From: a virus
Virus record (IMG/VR): IMGVR_UViG_3300044568_003939
Reading direction: 5' to 3' (one strand)
Length of the DNA: 64,000 nt
How positions within the stretch are numbered: position 1 is the first letter of the stretch; every line of letters begins with the position of its first letter. Position numbers and translations under genes: made by a program. This document shows positions 1 through 9,439 of this stretch, in pieces. Under the pieces are notes generated by a model. The model was not told the origin of the DNA. It did not search any database and saw only the letters and a program-made list of their open reading frames with translations.

Positions 1-17
1 GGCATCACCACATTTAA

Positions 18-626
18 ATGGAAAGAAAAACAATGAAACCGATTACACTATACCTAATTCGCCATGGGCAGAGCGAAGGCAATGTTAATACTCAAGTCTA
101 TTATGATAAGAATGATTGTGATATCGAATTGACTGCGCTGGGTCACTCTCAAAGTTTAGGCGCCGGTGCAGAGCTAGCACGCATGATTGACCACACTGCA
201 CCAAGGATCATTTGCAGCGCATACATGCGTGCTAAGCAAACTGCAAGCGGTATATACAGTGTATTGGCAGAAGATCATCAACCAAGCCTACAAGAGGATG
301 TATTGCTACGAGAACGAGAGTGGGGTAGCCTGCGAACAGTTGTAGATAATCGACACCTCAAGCGTGAAGAACACTTTAACTTTTATTATCGTGCACAAGG
401 TGGAGAAAGCTTTGCTGATGCCTATACACGTGTAGTGTTATTTTTCCAATGGCTGGAGCTCCGTCGGCTGCGCAATCCACACGATGACAGCCCAATCGTC
501 ATTGTTTCACATGGTGAATGGATCCGCCTTGCATTGATGTATCTGGATGGAAATACTGTTGAGTACTTTACAGTCAACCGTAAGAATCCAAAAAATTGTG
601 TTATTCACACGCGCACACTATCATAA
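18..626 (+). CDS. Histidine phosphatase (phosphoglycerate mutase-like) family protein
   Basis: LYLIRHGQS (RHG motif), SAYMRAKQTA, LREREWG, GGESF, VSHG. Confidence 0.9.
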   Translation: MERKTMKPITLYLIRHGQSEGNVNTQVYYDKNDCDIELTALGHSQSLGAGAELARMIDHTAPRIICSAYMRAKQTASGIYSVLAEDHQPSLQEDVLLREREWGSLRTVVDNRHLKREEHFNFYYRAQGGESFADAYTRVVLFFQWLELRRLRNPHDDSPIVIVSHGEWIRLALMYLDGNTVEYFTVNRKNPKNCVIHTRTLS

Positions 627-631
627 AGTCC

Positions 632-660
632 TTTACATTCTCAAGAAAATATATTATAAT
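632..660 (+). promoter_or_regulatory. Sigma70-type early promoter
   Basis: TTTACA (632-637), 17 nt, TATAAT (655-660); ATG at 669. Confidence 0.75.
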
Positions 661-668
661 AAATCGTA

Positions 669-938
669 ATGAAAATTAAACATACAAAAGAAACTCTAAA
701 AACCGCACTGCAAGCCGGTGCGCACTCTGTAACCTTTACTAAGCTGGATGGTTCTGTTCGCGAAATGATTGCTTCACTGCATGCATCGGATATCCCAGCT
801 GAGCATACACCCAAAGGAACTGGTATGGCCAGTGATGGTGCAGACGCTCCATTGCGTGCATATGATATTCCAAATGCTGGATGGCGCAGTATCAATGTTA
901 GCACAGTTACCAGCGTGATTCCATTCAATAACGCATGA
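669..938 (+). CDS. Small SH3/WYL_2-like (DUF2693-like) phage protein
   Basis: VTFTKLDGSVREMIASL...YDIPNAGWRSI pattern. Confidence 0.7.
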   Translation: MKIKHTKETLKTALQAGAHSVTFTKLDGSVREMIASLHASDIPAEHTPKGTGMASDGADAPLRAYDIPNAGWRSINVSTVTSVIPFNNA

Positions 939-2155
939 GCATTCAATTTAAAGCAGGGCGCGTATTAGCGCCTGACAGCAAATGGACTGGAGAAGAACCG
1001 GATTGGCATGGGTGGGAAAAGTGGGACACTGAAAAGTTCTATCGTACTCGTCAACGTGCATTGCAATTCTATAACTATTATCTTGATGCGACATCAATGA
1101 AGCCGATGGTGTTAGGGTGGATGAAGAAGGAAGGTTACTCCCAAACCGAGATCAGTACAATTAAAGACGCCAGTCCAAATGTATTGCCAAGTACTGTCGG
1201 CAAACTTGTACGCTGTCTTGAGCACGGTATGCCAAGCCTTCATCCTGAAGCGCACCAATACTTTGCGGCATTGCCTTTTCATGAACATCCACCAACCGCT
1301 AAGGATGACCGTATCATAGCAAAAAGTGAAATTAACAATGCTCTTGCCGTATTGAGTAATGCCAAGTATGTTGCTGCTCAAGAAAACAATACACCTAAAG
1401 CATATGTACCGTCTCCATTGGAGCGTATTAAAAATAAAGTTGAAAAGGAAATTGTTGGCGCACTACTTGATCCGCTGCTTGATGCATGGTGCGATACAAG
1501 TGTTGAGGTTGCAACTGTTAATCTTGTAAGTTACTTGCGTGATGGCAAGGTACCAACCCAAGGCTGCAAGTTTATCCTTGAATGGTTGAACGCAGTACAT
1601 GCTGAGTATAATGGTGCTTATACCAAAGAAGACGCACAACTGGTTGAAGGGTATAGTTACCTGTCACGCGCCGATTTGCGCAAGATTGTCAAGAACCTTG
1701 AAGTTATGATTGGAGATGTCAATGCGCATGCCAAGATTAAGGTTAGCATGCGCAAGCCGCGCGTTAAGAAGGTTAAGGATGCAAGCAAACAAGTTGCTAA
1801 ACTTAAGTACCAAACCAACAGCAGCGAATATAACATTGACAGCATCAATCCATCACGTATCCCTACAGCTCAGCGATTGTATGTGTTCAATACCAAGACG
1901 CGTCAACTAGGTGTATACTTTGCAAAAGGAAGTGCTGGTTTTGAAGTTAAAGGCACTAGCATCAATGGTTATGACGCTGCTGCTAGTTATATTGCCACTC
2001 TGCGCAAACCTAAAGACCTGCTAAATGCGGTACTAAGCAATGCACCAAAGGCACTTGATAAAACGATTGAAGCCGCTAAGTTGAAAAAGAGGCCTGCAAA
2101 TGGCCGATTCAACCAACACACTGTCCTACTTAAAGTAGTTGAAAACAAGCTATAA
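935..2155 (+). CDS. Conserved hypothetical T4-like phage protein
   Basis: 406-aa ORF translationally coupled to both neighbours; basic C-terminus. Confidence 0.7.
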   Translation: MSIQFKAGRVLAPDSKWTGEEPDWHGWEKWDTEKFYRTRQRALQFYNYYLDATSMKPMVLGWMKKEGYSQTEISTIKDASPNVLPSTVGKLVRCLEHGMPSLHPEAHQYFAALPFHEHPPTAKDDRIIAKSEINNALAVLSNAKYVAAQENNTPKAYVPSPLERIKNKVEKEIVGALLDPLLDAWCDTSVEVATVNLVSYLRDGKVPTQGCKFILEWLNAVHAEYNGAYTKEDAQLVEGYSYLSRADLRKIVKNLEVMIGDVNAHAKIKVSMRKPRVKKVKDASKQVAKLKYQTNSSEYNIDSINPSRIPTAQRLYVFNTKTRQLGVYFAKGSAGFEVKGTSINGYDAAASYIATLRKPKDLLNAVLSNAPKALDKTIEAAKLKKRPANGRFNQHTVLLKVVENKL

Positions 2156-2394
2156 TGACTGAAGAACTACATATTAAAGTATTAAGCAAGCAAGAATTTG
2201 CATTGCAAATTGAGAGCCGTGTCAAGCGCAAAGAAATGGGTTACCTAGAAGCCATCATTGACTATTGTGACTCCAACGGATTGGAAGCCGCTGATGTACA
2301 CAAGTTGGTGGTTGGCAGTCTTAAGGACAAACTTGAAGCAGAAGCACAGCGCAATAATTTATTACCCAAATCATCTACTGGAATCTTTGCGTGA
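2155..2394 (+). CDS. gp33: Late promoter transcription coactivator
   Basis: YLEAIIDYC...LKDKLEAEA..NNLL; 33-59-32 synteny. Confidence 0.88.
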   Translation: MTEELHIKVLSKQEFALQIESRVKRKEMGYLEAIIDYCDSNGLEAADVHKLVVGSLKDKLEAEAQRNNLLPKSSTGIFA

Positions 2395-3038
2395 TTTGTT
2401 TGTCTACTGAAACTGGAGTTGCACCGTTTGATGTGTGGAGTATCTATACAGCAATCAACCTGCATTTTAAAAAAGGTGGGAGCTATGATGCATTCAAGTT
2501 TAACTTTAAAGGCCCGCGACTAAAGCGCGAAACCTTTATGACTAATCGTAACCGCTACTCCTTTGAAAAATTAGCACGTGCTTATCCCAAAAAGAATGAC
2601 TTGATTTGCTACTTTACGAGCAATGTGATAGCTGGCAATGTATGGATCAACAACATGAATGATAGCGTTTATGCTGAATGGTCTTCACGCATTCAATCAT
2701 TGGACTATCGCTTTAACTCTGAAATGAGCGATGCAGCATTGCTTGCTGAGCGCAATGGTTATTTGTTTGACCAACTCTTTAAGCCGCGTGATAAGAGCGA
2801 GGTGCCTGCAATCTATAAACTATATCAAGCTGAAAAAGTAAGCCTTGAATCATTGGTAATACTAGACAATCTACTCAACTATACTAAGAGTATAAATAAC
2901 AATCTTAGTGATCCGCTCGAAATATCAAGTGATATTTCACACCGCGTCATTAAGTATAAACCTTTTCTACGTTCAGAAATGAATGTAGAAAAACACAAAA
3001 AGGTTGTAATTAATTTGTTTACAAGTGTAAGCAAATAG
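2391..3038 (+). CDS. gp59: Helicase loader
   Basis: YTAINLHF...YDAFKFNFKG...FEKLA; KYKPFL; synteny. Confidence 0.88.
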   Translation: MICLSTETGVAPFDVWSIYTAINLHFKKGGSYDAFKFNFKGPRLKRETFMTNRNRYSFEKLARAYPKKNDLICYFTSNVIAGNVWINNMNDSVYAEWSSRIQSLDYRFNSEMSDAALLAERNGYLFDQLFKPRDKSEVPAIYKLYQAEKVSLESLVILDNLLNYTKSINNNLSDPLEISSDISHRVIKYKPFLRSEMNVEKHKKVVINLFTSVSK

Positions 3039-3046
3039 ATTATAAT
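3018..3046 (+). promoter_or_regulatory. T4-early-like sigma70 promoter of gp32
   Basis: (G)TTTACA 3018-3023, 17 nt, TATAAT 3041-3046; followed by an A/C-rich unstructured leader. Confidence 0.75.
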
Positions 3047-3085
3047 AAAACACAACGCAATACAAAACAACACACTGTAAATAAT

Positions 3086-4021
3086 ATGTCATTTGAACAA
3101 CTAAAACAAAATCGTTCCGCCGCAATTAGCAAACTTGTTAATGCAGCAGAAAAAGTCGGTGGTGCAACCAAAACATATGGCGATGATCGTCTATGGGCAC
3201 CAGCAGTTGATAAAGCAGGCAATGGTTATGCAATCATTCGTTTCCTTCCAGCCAAAGAAGGTGATGACCTGCCATGGGCACGTTTCTGGGATCACGGATT
3301 CAAGGGGCCAACCGGTCGTTGGTATATTGAAAACAGTTTGACTAGCATTGGTCAACCTGATCCCGTTAGCGAAATCAATAGCATTCTATGGAATAGCGGT
3401 AATGAAAAGGACAAGGAAATTGCACGTGACCGCAAGCGTCGCCTGCATTATGTATCCAACATTCTGGTGATTAGTGATCCTGCAAATCCAGCCAATGAAG
3501 GCAAGGTTTTCCTCTATAAGTATGGAAAGAAAATCTTTGATAAAATCATGGATATTATGCAGCCGCAATTCCAAGACGAGACACCAGTCAATCCATTTGA
3601 CTTTTGGGCGGGAGCAAACTTCCGTTTGAAGATTCGCAACTTTGAAGGTTATCGTAACTATGATAAGAGTGAATTTGACAAGGCGAGCGAATTGTATAAT
3701 GGTGATGAAGCGCAACTTGAGGAAACCTATGGGCAACTATACACTTTGAGTGACTTTACCGATCCAAGCAATTACAAGTCATATGCTGAATTGAAGCGTA
3801 AGCTTGTTGAAGTTCTTGGTGCAGAAGCAGCTGGCACATCACATGAAAGTGAAAGTGTCGAAGCTCCAGCACGAAGCGTTGTTGGTCGCACTGTTGAAGC
3901 AGCTGAACCACAACGTACTGTTCAAAGCAGCTATGAAACAACTGAAACTGTTACCAGCTCAGCATCTGATGATGACGACGATGACAGCCTTAGCTACTTT
4001 GCTAAATTGGCTCAAAGCTAA
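3086..4021 (+). CDS. gp32: Single-stranded DNA-binding protein
   Basis: DKAGNGYAIIRFLP, YKYGKKIFDKI, NPFDFWAGANF, YRNYDKSEF; acidic tail ending YFAKLA. Confidence 0.97.
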   Translation: MSFEQLKQNRSAAISKLVNAAEKVGGATKTYGDDRLWAPAVDKAGNGYAIIRFLPAKEGDDLPWARFWDHGFKGPTGRWYIENSLTSIGQPDPVSEINSILWNSGNEKDKEIARDRKRRLHYVSNILVISDPANPANEGKVFLYKYGKKIFDKIMDIMQPQFQDETPVNPFDFWAGANFRLKIRNFEGYRNYDKSEFDKASELYNGDEAQLEETYGQLYTLSDFTDPSNYKSYAELKRKLVEVLGAEAAGTSHESESVEAPARSVVGRTVEAAEPQRTVQSSYETTETVTSSASDDDDDDSLSYFAKLAQS

Positions 4022-4033
4022 TCTATAAAAAAT

Positions 4034-4074
4034 CTAAAATGCGCAAAGGGTTTGTTATCCTTTGCGCATTTTAG
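4034..4074. terminator. Intrinsic terminator, probably bidirectional
   Basis: 16-bp perfect inverted repeat ctaaaatgcgcaaagg / cctttgcgcattttag after gp32. Confidence 0.8.
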
Positions 4075-4082
4075 TATAAATA
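4075..4082 (+). promoter_or_regulatory. T4-type late promoter
   Basis: TATAAATA upstream of the thioredoxin gene. Confidence 0.7.
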
Positions 4083-4094
4083 TGATGAGACTGT

Positions 4095-4358
4095 ATGAAA
4101 CCGTATATTAGAGTATTTAGCATTGGTACATGCAAAGATTGTGCAGCTTATCATCAGATCGTACATGAGTTTGCAATGCAATATGACATTGAATATGCTA
4201 TAGTTGATGTTGACCGTGAAGAAAATTTGCATGAAATATTGCAACGAAAACTGCAATATATTCCTTCTACTCTGATATTCAAAGATGGCGTTTTATCCCA
4301 CCAAGCTGGAGAAATATTAACAAAAGAATCACTATATAAACTTGTGTATGATATTTGA
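4095..4358 (+). CDS. Thioredoxin/glutaredoxin-like protein
   Basis: CKDC motif, VDVD, cis-Pro IPSTLIFKDG. Confidence 0.8.
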   Translation: MKPYIRVFSIGTCKDCAAYHQIVHEFAMQYDIEYAIVDVDREENLHEILQRKLQYIPSTLIFKDGVLSHQAGEILTKESLYKLVYDI

Positions 4359-4596
4359 AGAAGGCTCTTTTGATTTTGGTTTTACTGCGGTTCATGAACT
4401 TGAACTTGAAAGTGTTCAGGCTGCAGCAAATAGCAATGCGGTTGCTCAAAACAAATTAGAGAAAATGTATAAGGCAATACTCCCACTGTTGGATAATCTT
4501 AAAAAGAATCCAGAAAAGGACTATATTTTTTGGCCACAACGAATGGACAAAATAGAAAAGTTTGAGCGGATGATTGAAGAGATATACAACGGCTAG
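4348..4596 (+). CDS. Conserved hypothetical phage protein
   Basis: FDFGFTAV...ILPLLDNLKKNPEKDYIFWP; ATG at 4348 preferred over TTG 4342. Confidence 0.7.
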   Translation: MIFEEGSFDFGFTAVHELELESVQAAANSNAVAQNKLEKMYKAILPLLDNLKKNPEKDYIFWPQRMDKIEKFERMIEEIYNG

Positions 4597-4892
4597 CCTG
4601 CATATACATTGCTACTTGCTACGCATAGAGAAGGAGTAAAAGTACCAGTGTGACTATCAAGTGCATCACCATTACAATGTGCAGGGCGTCCATTTATGAA
4701 TACACTCCCACTGCCAACTATAGCAATTTCTCCGCATAGTGTAGTGTCACCAATTGCTACAGCTTGATAGCCATCAATGTATACCGTATTTCCATTACCG
4801 GCATATGGTGAATTGATATGAGGAGTACCGCCACTAAGCGGCGTATGCGTTGTAGCATAATCAGCACCAACTCTTGCAATACTCTTTCCCAT
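4593..4892 (-). CDS. PAAR spike-tip protein (gp5.4-like)
   Basis: IARVGA, VYIDG..AVAIGD, GSGSVFINGRPAH..GD; His/Cys metal ligands. Confidence 0.85.
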   Translation of the reverse strand: MGKSIARVGADYATTHTPLSGGTPHINSPYAGNGNTVYIDGYQAVAIGDTTLCGEIAIVGSGSVFINGRPAHCNGDALDSHTGTFTPSLCVASSNVYAG

Positions 4893-4894
4893 AA

Positions 4895-6907
4895 TTATAT
4901 GCTAGCAAATCCCATAGCACTGCCAGTCATTATAGGGTCATATGAACTGTTGCTGTTGTTTACTGAACTTTGAGTTGTATTGTTTGTATTGCCACCGTAA
5001 TTATTAACAATCACAGGAGACACTGATATGTTGTTGCTGCTATTCATCAGTTCGGCACCGGTAGTATTGCTTATAGGAGATACCGTTGGCATTTTATATT
5101 TCCATCCTGATGACCTGTAATCATCCCATGACTCATAGCCAGCTTCTTTAGCTTTAAGTGATTTTTGATCTTCCGTTAACGAATCAGCAGCTGGCATGGT
5201 ACTGCTGCTAGTTGCTTCGCCTTCCTTTGCTTTTGCTTTAAGACCAGCATATTCGTAGATACTGTCTGGTATTGCTTTTGCAACCCAAGTCATTGGATTG
5301 AGTACGCCGGCAGCTGCCGGATCTGGCAATACATCTCGCAATACACTTTTTGCAAACCCTTCGGCAAGATTACCAGCACCGCTTACAGCATTGTTAATGG
5401 CCTCGCCCATCTTAGCCGTCAATTCGGTTATAAGAGTTGGAATATTCATTACCCAATCAATGAGGCCGTCTATTGCTTTGCCAATCGCATCAAATACAAA
5501 CGCTAAAGCTTTATTGAGGGTATCGGTAAAAGAAAAATTATCCAATGCAACTGCAAGATCAAACGCTCCAAACATAGTAGCAATCCATGATACTGCTCCT
5601 TTAAGAGTATCCAATATACCACCAACAAGAGTTGCCCATATGCCAGCTAGCCCAAAATTTTCAAAGGCTTTAGAGAATTTTTCAAATGAAAAGATTGATT
5701 TAAACCAGTCAAATGCGTATATGACTGTATCAAAGATTGCATCTACGCCATCCTTAAGAAGCTGTGAGAATGAGAAACTGTCAAGTAATTTTGAAAAATT
5801 TTGAAAGCCTAATTTGTTAGCAACCCATGATACTATATCCTTTGCGAGGTCTGCTATACCACCAACAAGACCAATTAACAATCCACTGATAGCGCCTTTA
5901 ACAGCACCTAGTACGCCACCTTGTTTGTAGCCTTCGATAGCACCCATTACCGTTTCATATAGTGCGGTAATAAAAACTAACGGCTTAGCTAATACTTTCA
6001 ATACACCAAATAATGCTGGTAAAATGCGAGCTATTCCTTTACCTATCGATACACCAGTTTTAAAGCCTGTTACAAATGCTCTAAGTATACCACCTAAACT
6101 TGTAAAAAATTTCGCAATATTTGGAAACATTTTAGCTAGGCGGCCGCCTATAGTCAGGCCTTCATCGGCCGCTCCAAACAATGGACGAATCATATCGCCT
6201 ACAGCGCGCACTGCACCTGTGAATTTGCCCCAGGCTTCGGTTATTTTGGTAATTGTATTTGTTACATATTTGGCGATTGCAGATTCTCTTACAAAAGCAA
6301 CAGCACTTTCTCCAACTAGTTTTATGGTATTGAAAAAAGAAGTTAGTGCAGCGCGTATAGGGTTGAACGCCTTGGCTATAGCTGTTCCGAGTTTAGAAAT
6401 GCCTAAACTTATTTTTTGATATATTGCAGTGTCTTTAATTAGAGCGCTAAACATCGCAGCCGTTTCGGTAACAAATCCTACAACAGTACCGCCAATTAAA
6501 GCTGCAGCAAAAGCAAGAATGCCACCTAAACCAGATGGTGCCTCGCCTGCGCGTGGTGACGGGCGTCGTCTCTCAGTGTCAGGCGGTGGCTCGTTGCGTG
6601 CACGCAATGCGGCAAGAAGATCTCGACGATTTTCTTCTTGCTGCATATCATTGCTGGTAAAGAATTCCAACAACTCTTTATTGCTGCGACTGATATCAGA
6701 TATCAGTCGGCGCATACTAGTGACAACCGCTAACAGCTGACCACCATTATCAACGCGTTCGCCTTCGGCTTGTGAGTTGATTAAAAGACCGCGAGTAACC
6801 AATTGGTTGGTATTGTCTATCGCGTCCATAATAACATCGCCTGAGAAGTTTAAACTTTTCAGTTGTGCGATTACTTCGACTAATTGACTACTTTCTGTAT
6901 TGGCCAT
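4895..6907 (-). CDS. Baseplate hub / tape measure protein (gp29-like)
   Basis: 670-aa helical Ala/Gly/hydrophobic-rich protein with N/S-rich tail; lies after gp26/gp51. Confidence 0.7.
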   Translation of the reverse strand: MANTESSQLVEVIAQLKSLNFSGDVIMDAIDNTNQLVTRGLLINSQAEGERVDNGGQLLAVVTSMRRLISDISRSNKELLEFFTSNDMQQEENRRDLLAALRARNEPPPDTERRRPSPRAGEAPSGLGGILAFAAALIGGTVVGFVTETAAMFSALIKDTAIYQKISLGISKLGTAIAKAFNPIRAALTSFFNTIKLVGESAVAFVRESAIAKYVTNTITKITEAWGKFTGAVRAVGDMIRPLFGAADEGLTIGGRLAKMFPNIAKFFTSLGGILRAFVTGFKTGVSIGKGIARILPALFGVLKVLAKPLVFITALYETVMGAIEGYKQGGVLGAVKGAISGLLIGLVGGIADLAKDIVSWVANKLGFQNFSKLLDSFSFSQLLKDGVDAIFDTVIYAFDWFKSIFSFEKFSKAFENFGLAGIWATLVGGILDTLKGAVSWIATMFGAFDLAVALDNFSFTDTLNKALAFVFDAIGKAIDGLIDWVMNIPTLITELTAKMGEAINNAVSGAGNLAEGFAKSVLRDVLPDPAAAGVLNPMTWVAKAIPDSIYEYAGLKAKAKEGEATSSSTMPAADSLTEDQKSLKAKEAGYESWDDYRSSGWKYKMPTVSPISNTTGAELMNSSNNISVSPVIVNNYGGNTNNTTQSSVNNSNSSYDPIMTGSAMGFASI

Positions 6908-6916
6908 TGTGATGGT

Positions 6917-7099
6917 TTAGTTGCTATTTTTACGTTTTTGTTCTTCTTCTTTAAGGTGTGAAACAAGCAGTGAAATGTATATTTCCCTCTCCCATGGTAT
7001 CATCATATCCAATTCGCTTAATGAGTATTTGTGGTGCTGCATCAATGCAAAGTTAGTTTGGAAATAATTTACTAATGATTCATGTGAGAGGGCTAATCG
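6917..7099 (-). CDS. gp51: gp51-like baseplate hub assembly domain; probable -1 frameshift extension of gp26 (absent from the ORF track)
   Basis: Manual translation RLALSHESLVNYFQTNFALMQHHKYSLSELDMMIPWEREIYISLLVSHLKEEEQKRKNSN*; first ATG only at 7042. Confidence 0.8.
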   Translation of the reverse strand, partial: RLALSHESLVNYFQTNFALMQHHKYSLSELDMMIPWEREIYISLLVSHLKEEEQKRKNSN

Positions 7100-7800
7100 A
7101 AAAAAGCTTTAGTGCCTACCAGTTCCAACGAGTTGTCATGGCCGCAGCCTTTGCATTTGAATTGAACAGTTTGTTTGAGCGCAGGAACTGCTGCAATGAA
7201 CGCTTCAATTTTTTGCATCTGTGAGCGGTTAAGACTGTTGATGAAAACGATCAATTCAGCTTTTGATGAATTCTCAGCTGGATATACCTTCTCAGCATCA
7301 AAGATACTTTCAATACTTGCAATAACAACTTCATTGATAAGATCACCTTGTGTCTTTTTGTCATCAGTCAATCCGCTCATATCTTTAACTCGAATGTAAC
7401 GCATATTGACGCCAACAGTATCAGTAATCATAATTGTCTTTGATACCGAGTCATCAAATTTTACTGCTATTTCATCAAGGTTAATTTCAACTGGGTTTGG
7501 AGCTTCGCACGAGCTGCACTTGACGTTGACGTTGCTAATCTCTCCAACGCTTTTGCTGCGCAACTTAAGGAAAACATATTCAAGGTCAAATGATGTTAAT
7601 GCATTAACATCAACTTTTTCAAATGTGCATGCACGAATAATATCTTTCATTGCGCCTAACATCTCGCGTGAATCTTGTGACTCTTGAGCCATCAGCAAGA
7701 TCTTTTCTTCTTTTACGAGAAATGGGCGATATTCAATAGCCTTCTTTGTGGAAGGAATTTCAACGGTATACTTTGGGGATTCTAGGATTGGTAATGCCAT
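7093..7800 (-). CDS. gp26: Baseplate hub assembly chaperone
   Basis: MALP...YRPFLVKEEKILL, FDLEYVFLKLRSKSVGE, two CxxC pairs, ends AFFD. Confidence 0.88.
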   Translation of the reverse strand: MALPILESPKYTVEIPSTKKAIEYRPFLVKEEKILLMAQESQDSREMLGAMKDIIRACTFEKVDVNALTSFDLEYVFLKLRSKSVGEISNVNVKCSSCEAPNPVEINLDEIAVKFDDSVSKTIMITDTVGVNMRYIRVKDMSGLTDDKKTQGDLINEVVIASIESIFDAEKVYPAENSSKAELIVFINSLNRSQMQKIEAFIAAVPALKQTVQFKCKGCGHDNSLELVGTKAFFD

Positions 7801-7821
7801 AATTTAATTTATAATATATTT

Positions 7822-8337
7822 TTAAGTTAGTTTTCGTGATGACCACGTGTTGTATGTAAACACTATTGTTAATTTTTGAACGCTATTTTCTGAAGAGTTG
7901 TCTAGTTCGATAGAATTAACTCCAACAGGCCATGCATATGGAAGTGTGACTTCATATATTGGTTTGTCTGTTTCATCCAACTGTTGTATTATAACTGTTG
8001 TTGCAAATTTTTTAGTATACTCAACCAAGTATGATACTGGATTTATTATCTTAACAAGCCATTGGTCAAAAAGGTTTTTAACATAATAGTCATTTGTTAA
8101 ATAAAACACACAAGTAACATCCTCATCGCTATAACCAGTTGGTACTTTGTTTTCATTACGCCAAACAGAAAAGTCCGTTGTAAGTATTTGTCTCCCTGGC
8201 AGCGTACAGCTTTCGCACAATAGGTTAAGATCTTTTCCATCATCAATTGGATTGGAAATGATAATATTAAAGCGATTACCACGTGATAAACCGGATCGTT
8301 TTATAATGGTACTTTGTAAGTCTTGTATAGATCCCAT
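7822..8337 (-). CDS. Tail-tube-like protein (gp19/gp54-like tube initiator)
   Basis: LSRGNRF, CESCTLPGR, FDQW, QQLD, AWPVGV..IELD. Confidence 0.75.
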   Translation of the reverse strand: MGSIQDLQSTIIKRSGLSRGNRFNIIISNPIDDGKDLNLLCESCTLPGRQILTTDFSVWRNENKVPTGYSDEDVTCVFYLTNDYYVKNLFDQWLVKIINPVSYLVEYTKKFATTVIIQQLDETDKPIYEVTLPYAWPVGVNSIELDNSSENSVQKLTIVFTYNTWSSRKLT

Positions 8338-8339
8338 GG

Positions 8340-8951
8340 TTAAAATTGTTTAAGAGATTCTTTCCATACACCTGCTTTATCAGAACCAACAAATTTCCAT
8401 GTTGGCAAACATACAGCAATTTCCCAATCCGTTGATGGTACCTCTACAGGCACACTGCGTAAGTGAGCGAAAAGATAGTGTTTAAAACATGGCGCAAAGT
8501 ATTTAAGAACTTGCACACTGCTCAACATATTGTATGTTAGCTTGAACTTTGTGCTTTCATCATACTTATCATTGTTGGTAAATGATAGCAGCTTATCAAA
8601 AAATAGTGCACGCAACTTATTGGGAAGGTAGTGTAGGTTGAGTCCATAGAATCCACCTTTGGCTTTTCCTACCATTATAACAAGTGGAAAATTATCGTAA
8701 TATGGCAATTCTTCCTTTCCTTTTGGATCATAAAAGAACATAAACATGCGACCGGCTAATGGTCGAGCCATAGGATTGAGCGCCTGATCTTTAAGAAGTG
8801 TTTTGCGATCTATGTTGCTAAGTCCTTTTAGCTTTCTAAAAAACCATGCACGTGACTCATCAGTTTTAGCTTCAATTCCGCTAGCAGACAATTTTTCATG
8901 ATACTTTTGAAATGAAAAACCTGTTCTTGTAGTTGGACGTTTAGATGCCAT
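8340..8951 (-). CDS. gp2: DNA end protector protein
   Basis: MFMFFYDPKGKEELPYYDNFPL, GLNLHYL, CFKHYL. Confidence 0.92.
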   Translation of the reverse strand: MASKRPTTRTGFSFQKYHEKLSASGIEAKTDESRAWFFRKLKGLSNIDRKTLLKDQALNPMARPLAGRMFMFFYDPKGKEELPYYDNFPLVIMVGKAKGGFYGLNLHYLPNKLRALFFDKLLSFTNNDKYDESTKFKLTYNMLSSVQVLKYFAPCFKHYLFAHLRSVPVEVPSTDWEIAVCLPTWKFVGSDKAGVWKESLKQF

Positions 8952-8962
8952 AAGCGCAAGTA

Positions 8963-8970
8963 TATTTATA
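8963..8970 (-). promoter_or_regulatory. Late promoter of gp2
   Basis: TATAAATA on the minus strand. Confidence 0.75.
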
Positions 8971-8973
8971 CAC

Positions 8974-9417
8974 TTATGTTAGCAGCTTGATTCCCATACC
9001 ACGAATTGTCTCTTCTGTCCAAACCTCAAATTTCCAGCCACGCTGCTTTGCATATTCATCAGCGCTTTCCCACTTGCTTATATTCTTAACATACTTTAAT
9101 ACCTCAGTAAGATATCCTTTGCTTTTGGTAGCTCTTTTCTTTGGCTCAACTGTTTCTTTCTTTGGCTTTATTTCAACAAGATATGTGTCGCCATTCTTAA
9201 ATGTAATTTTAAGATCAACAAAATATCTGTGTACACGGTTGTCTGTTTTACAACGGTAAGGAACAACTACTTCTTCGCTGCTCCATCGCACAATTGCGTC
9301 ATTGTCATCGCAAAAACGAAAAACCTGTCGCTCCCAAAGGCTGCGATACTCTATGCGACGCCAATCTCCTTCATACTTGTTGAGATTCTTAGGGTTAAAT
9401 TTGCCACGATAAGCCAT
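8974..9417 (-). CDS. gp4: Head completion nuclease (TnsA-like)
   Basis: MAYRGKFNPKN..KYEGD, YRSLWE, WSSEE, HRYFVD, VEIKP; start reassigned to ATG 9417. Confidence 0.92.
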   Translation of the reverse strand: MAYRGKFNPKNLNKYEGDWRRIEYRSLWERQVFRFCDDNDAIVRWSSEEVVVPYRCKTDNRVHRYFVDLKITFKNGDTYLVEIKPKKETVEPKKRATKSKGYLTEVLKYVKNISKWESADEYAKQRGWKFEVWTEETIRGMGIKLLT

Positions 9418-9439
9418 ATAAATAGTTATAGTATTTATA
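9417..9439. promoter_or_regulatory. Overlapping divergent late promoters for gp4 and gp48
   Basis: TATAAATA + at 9417-9424 and - at 9432-9439, within near-palindrome catataaata-gttatag-tatttatatg. Confidence 0.8.
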
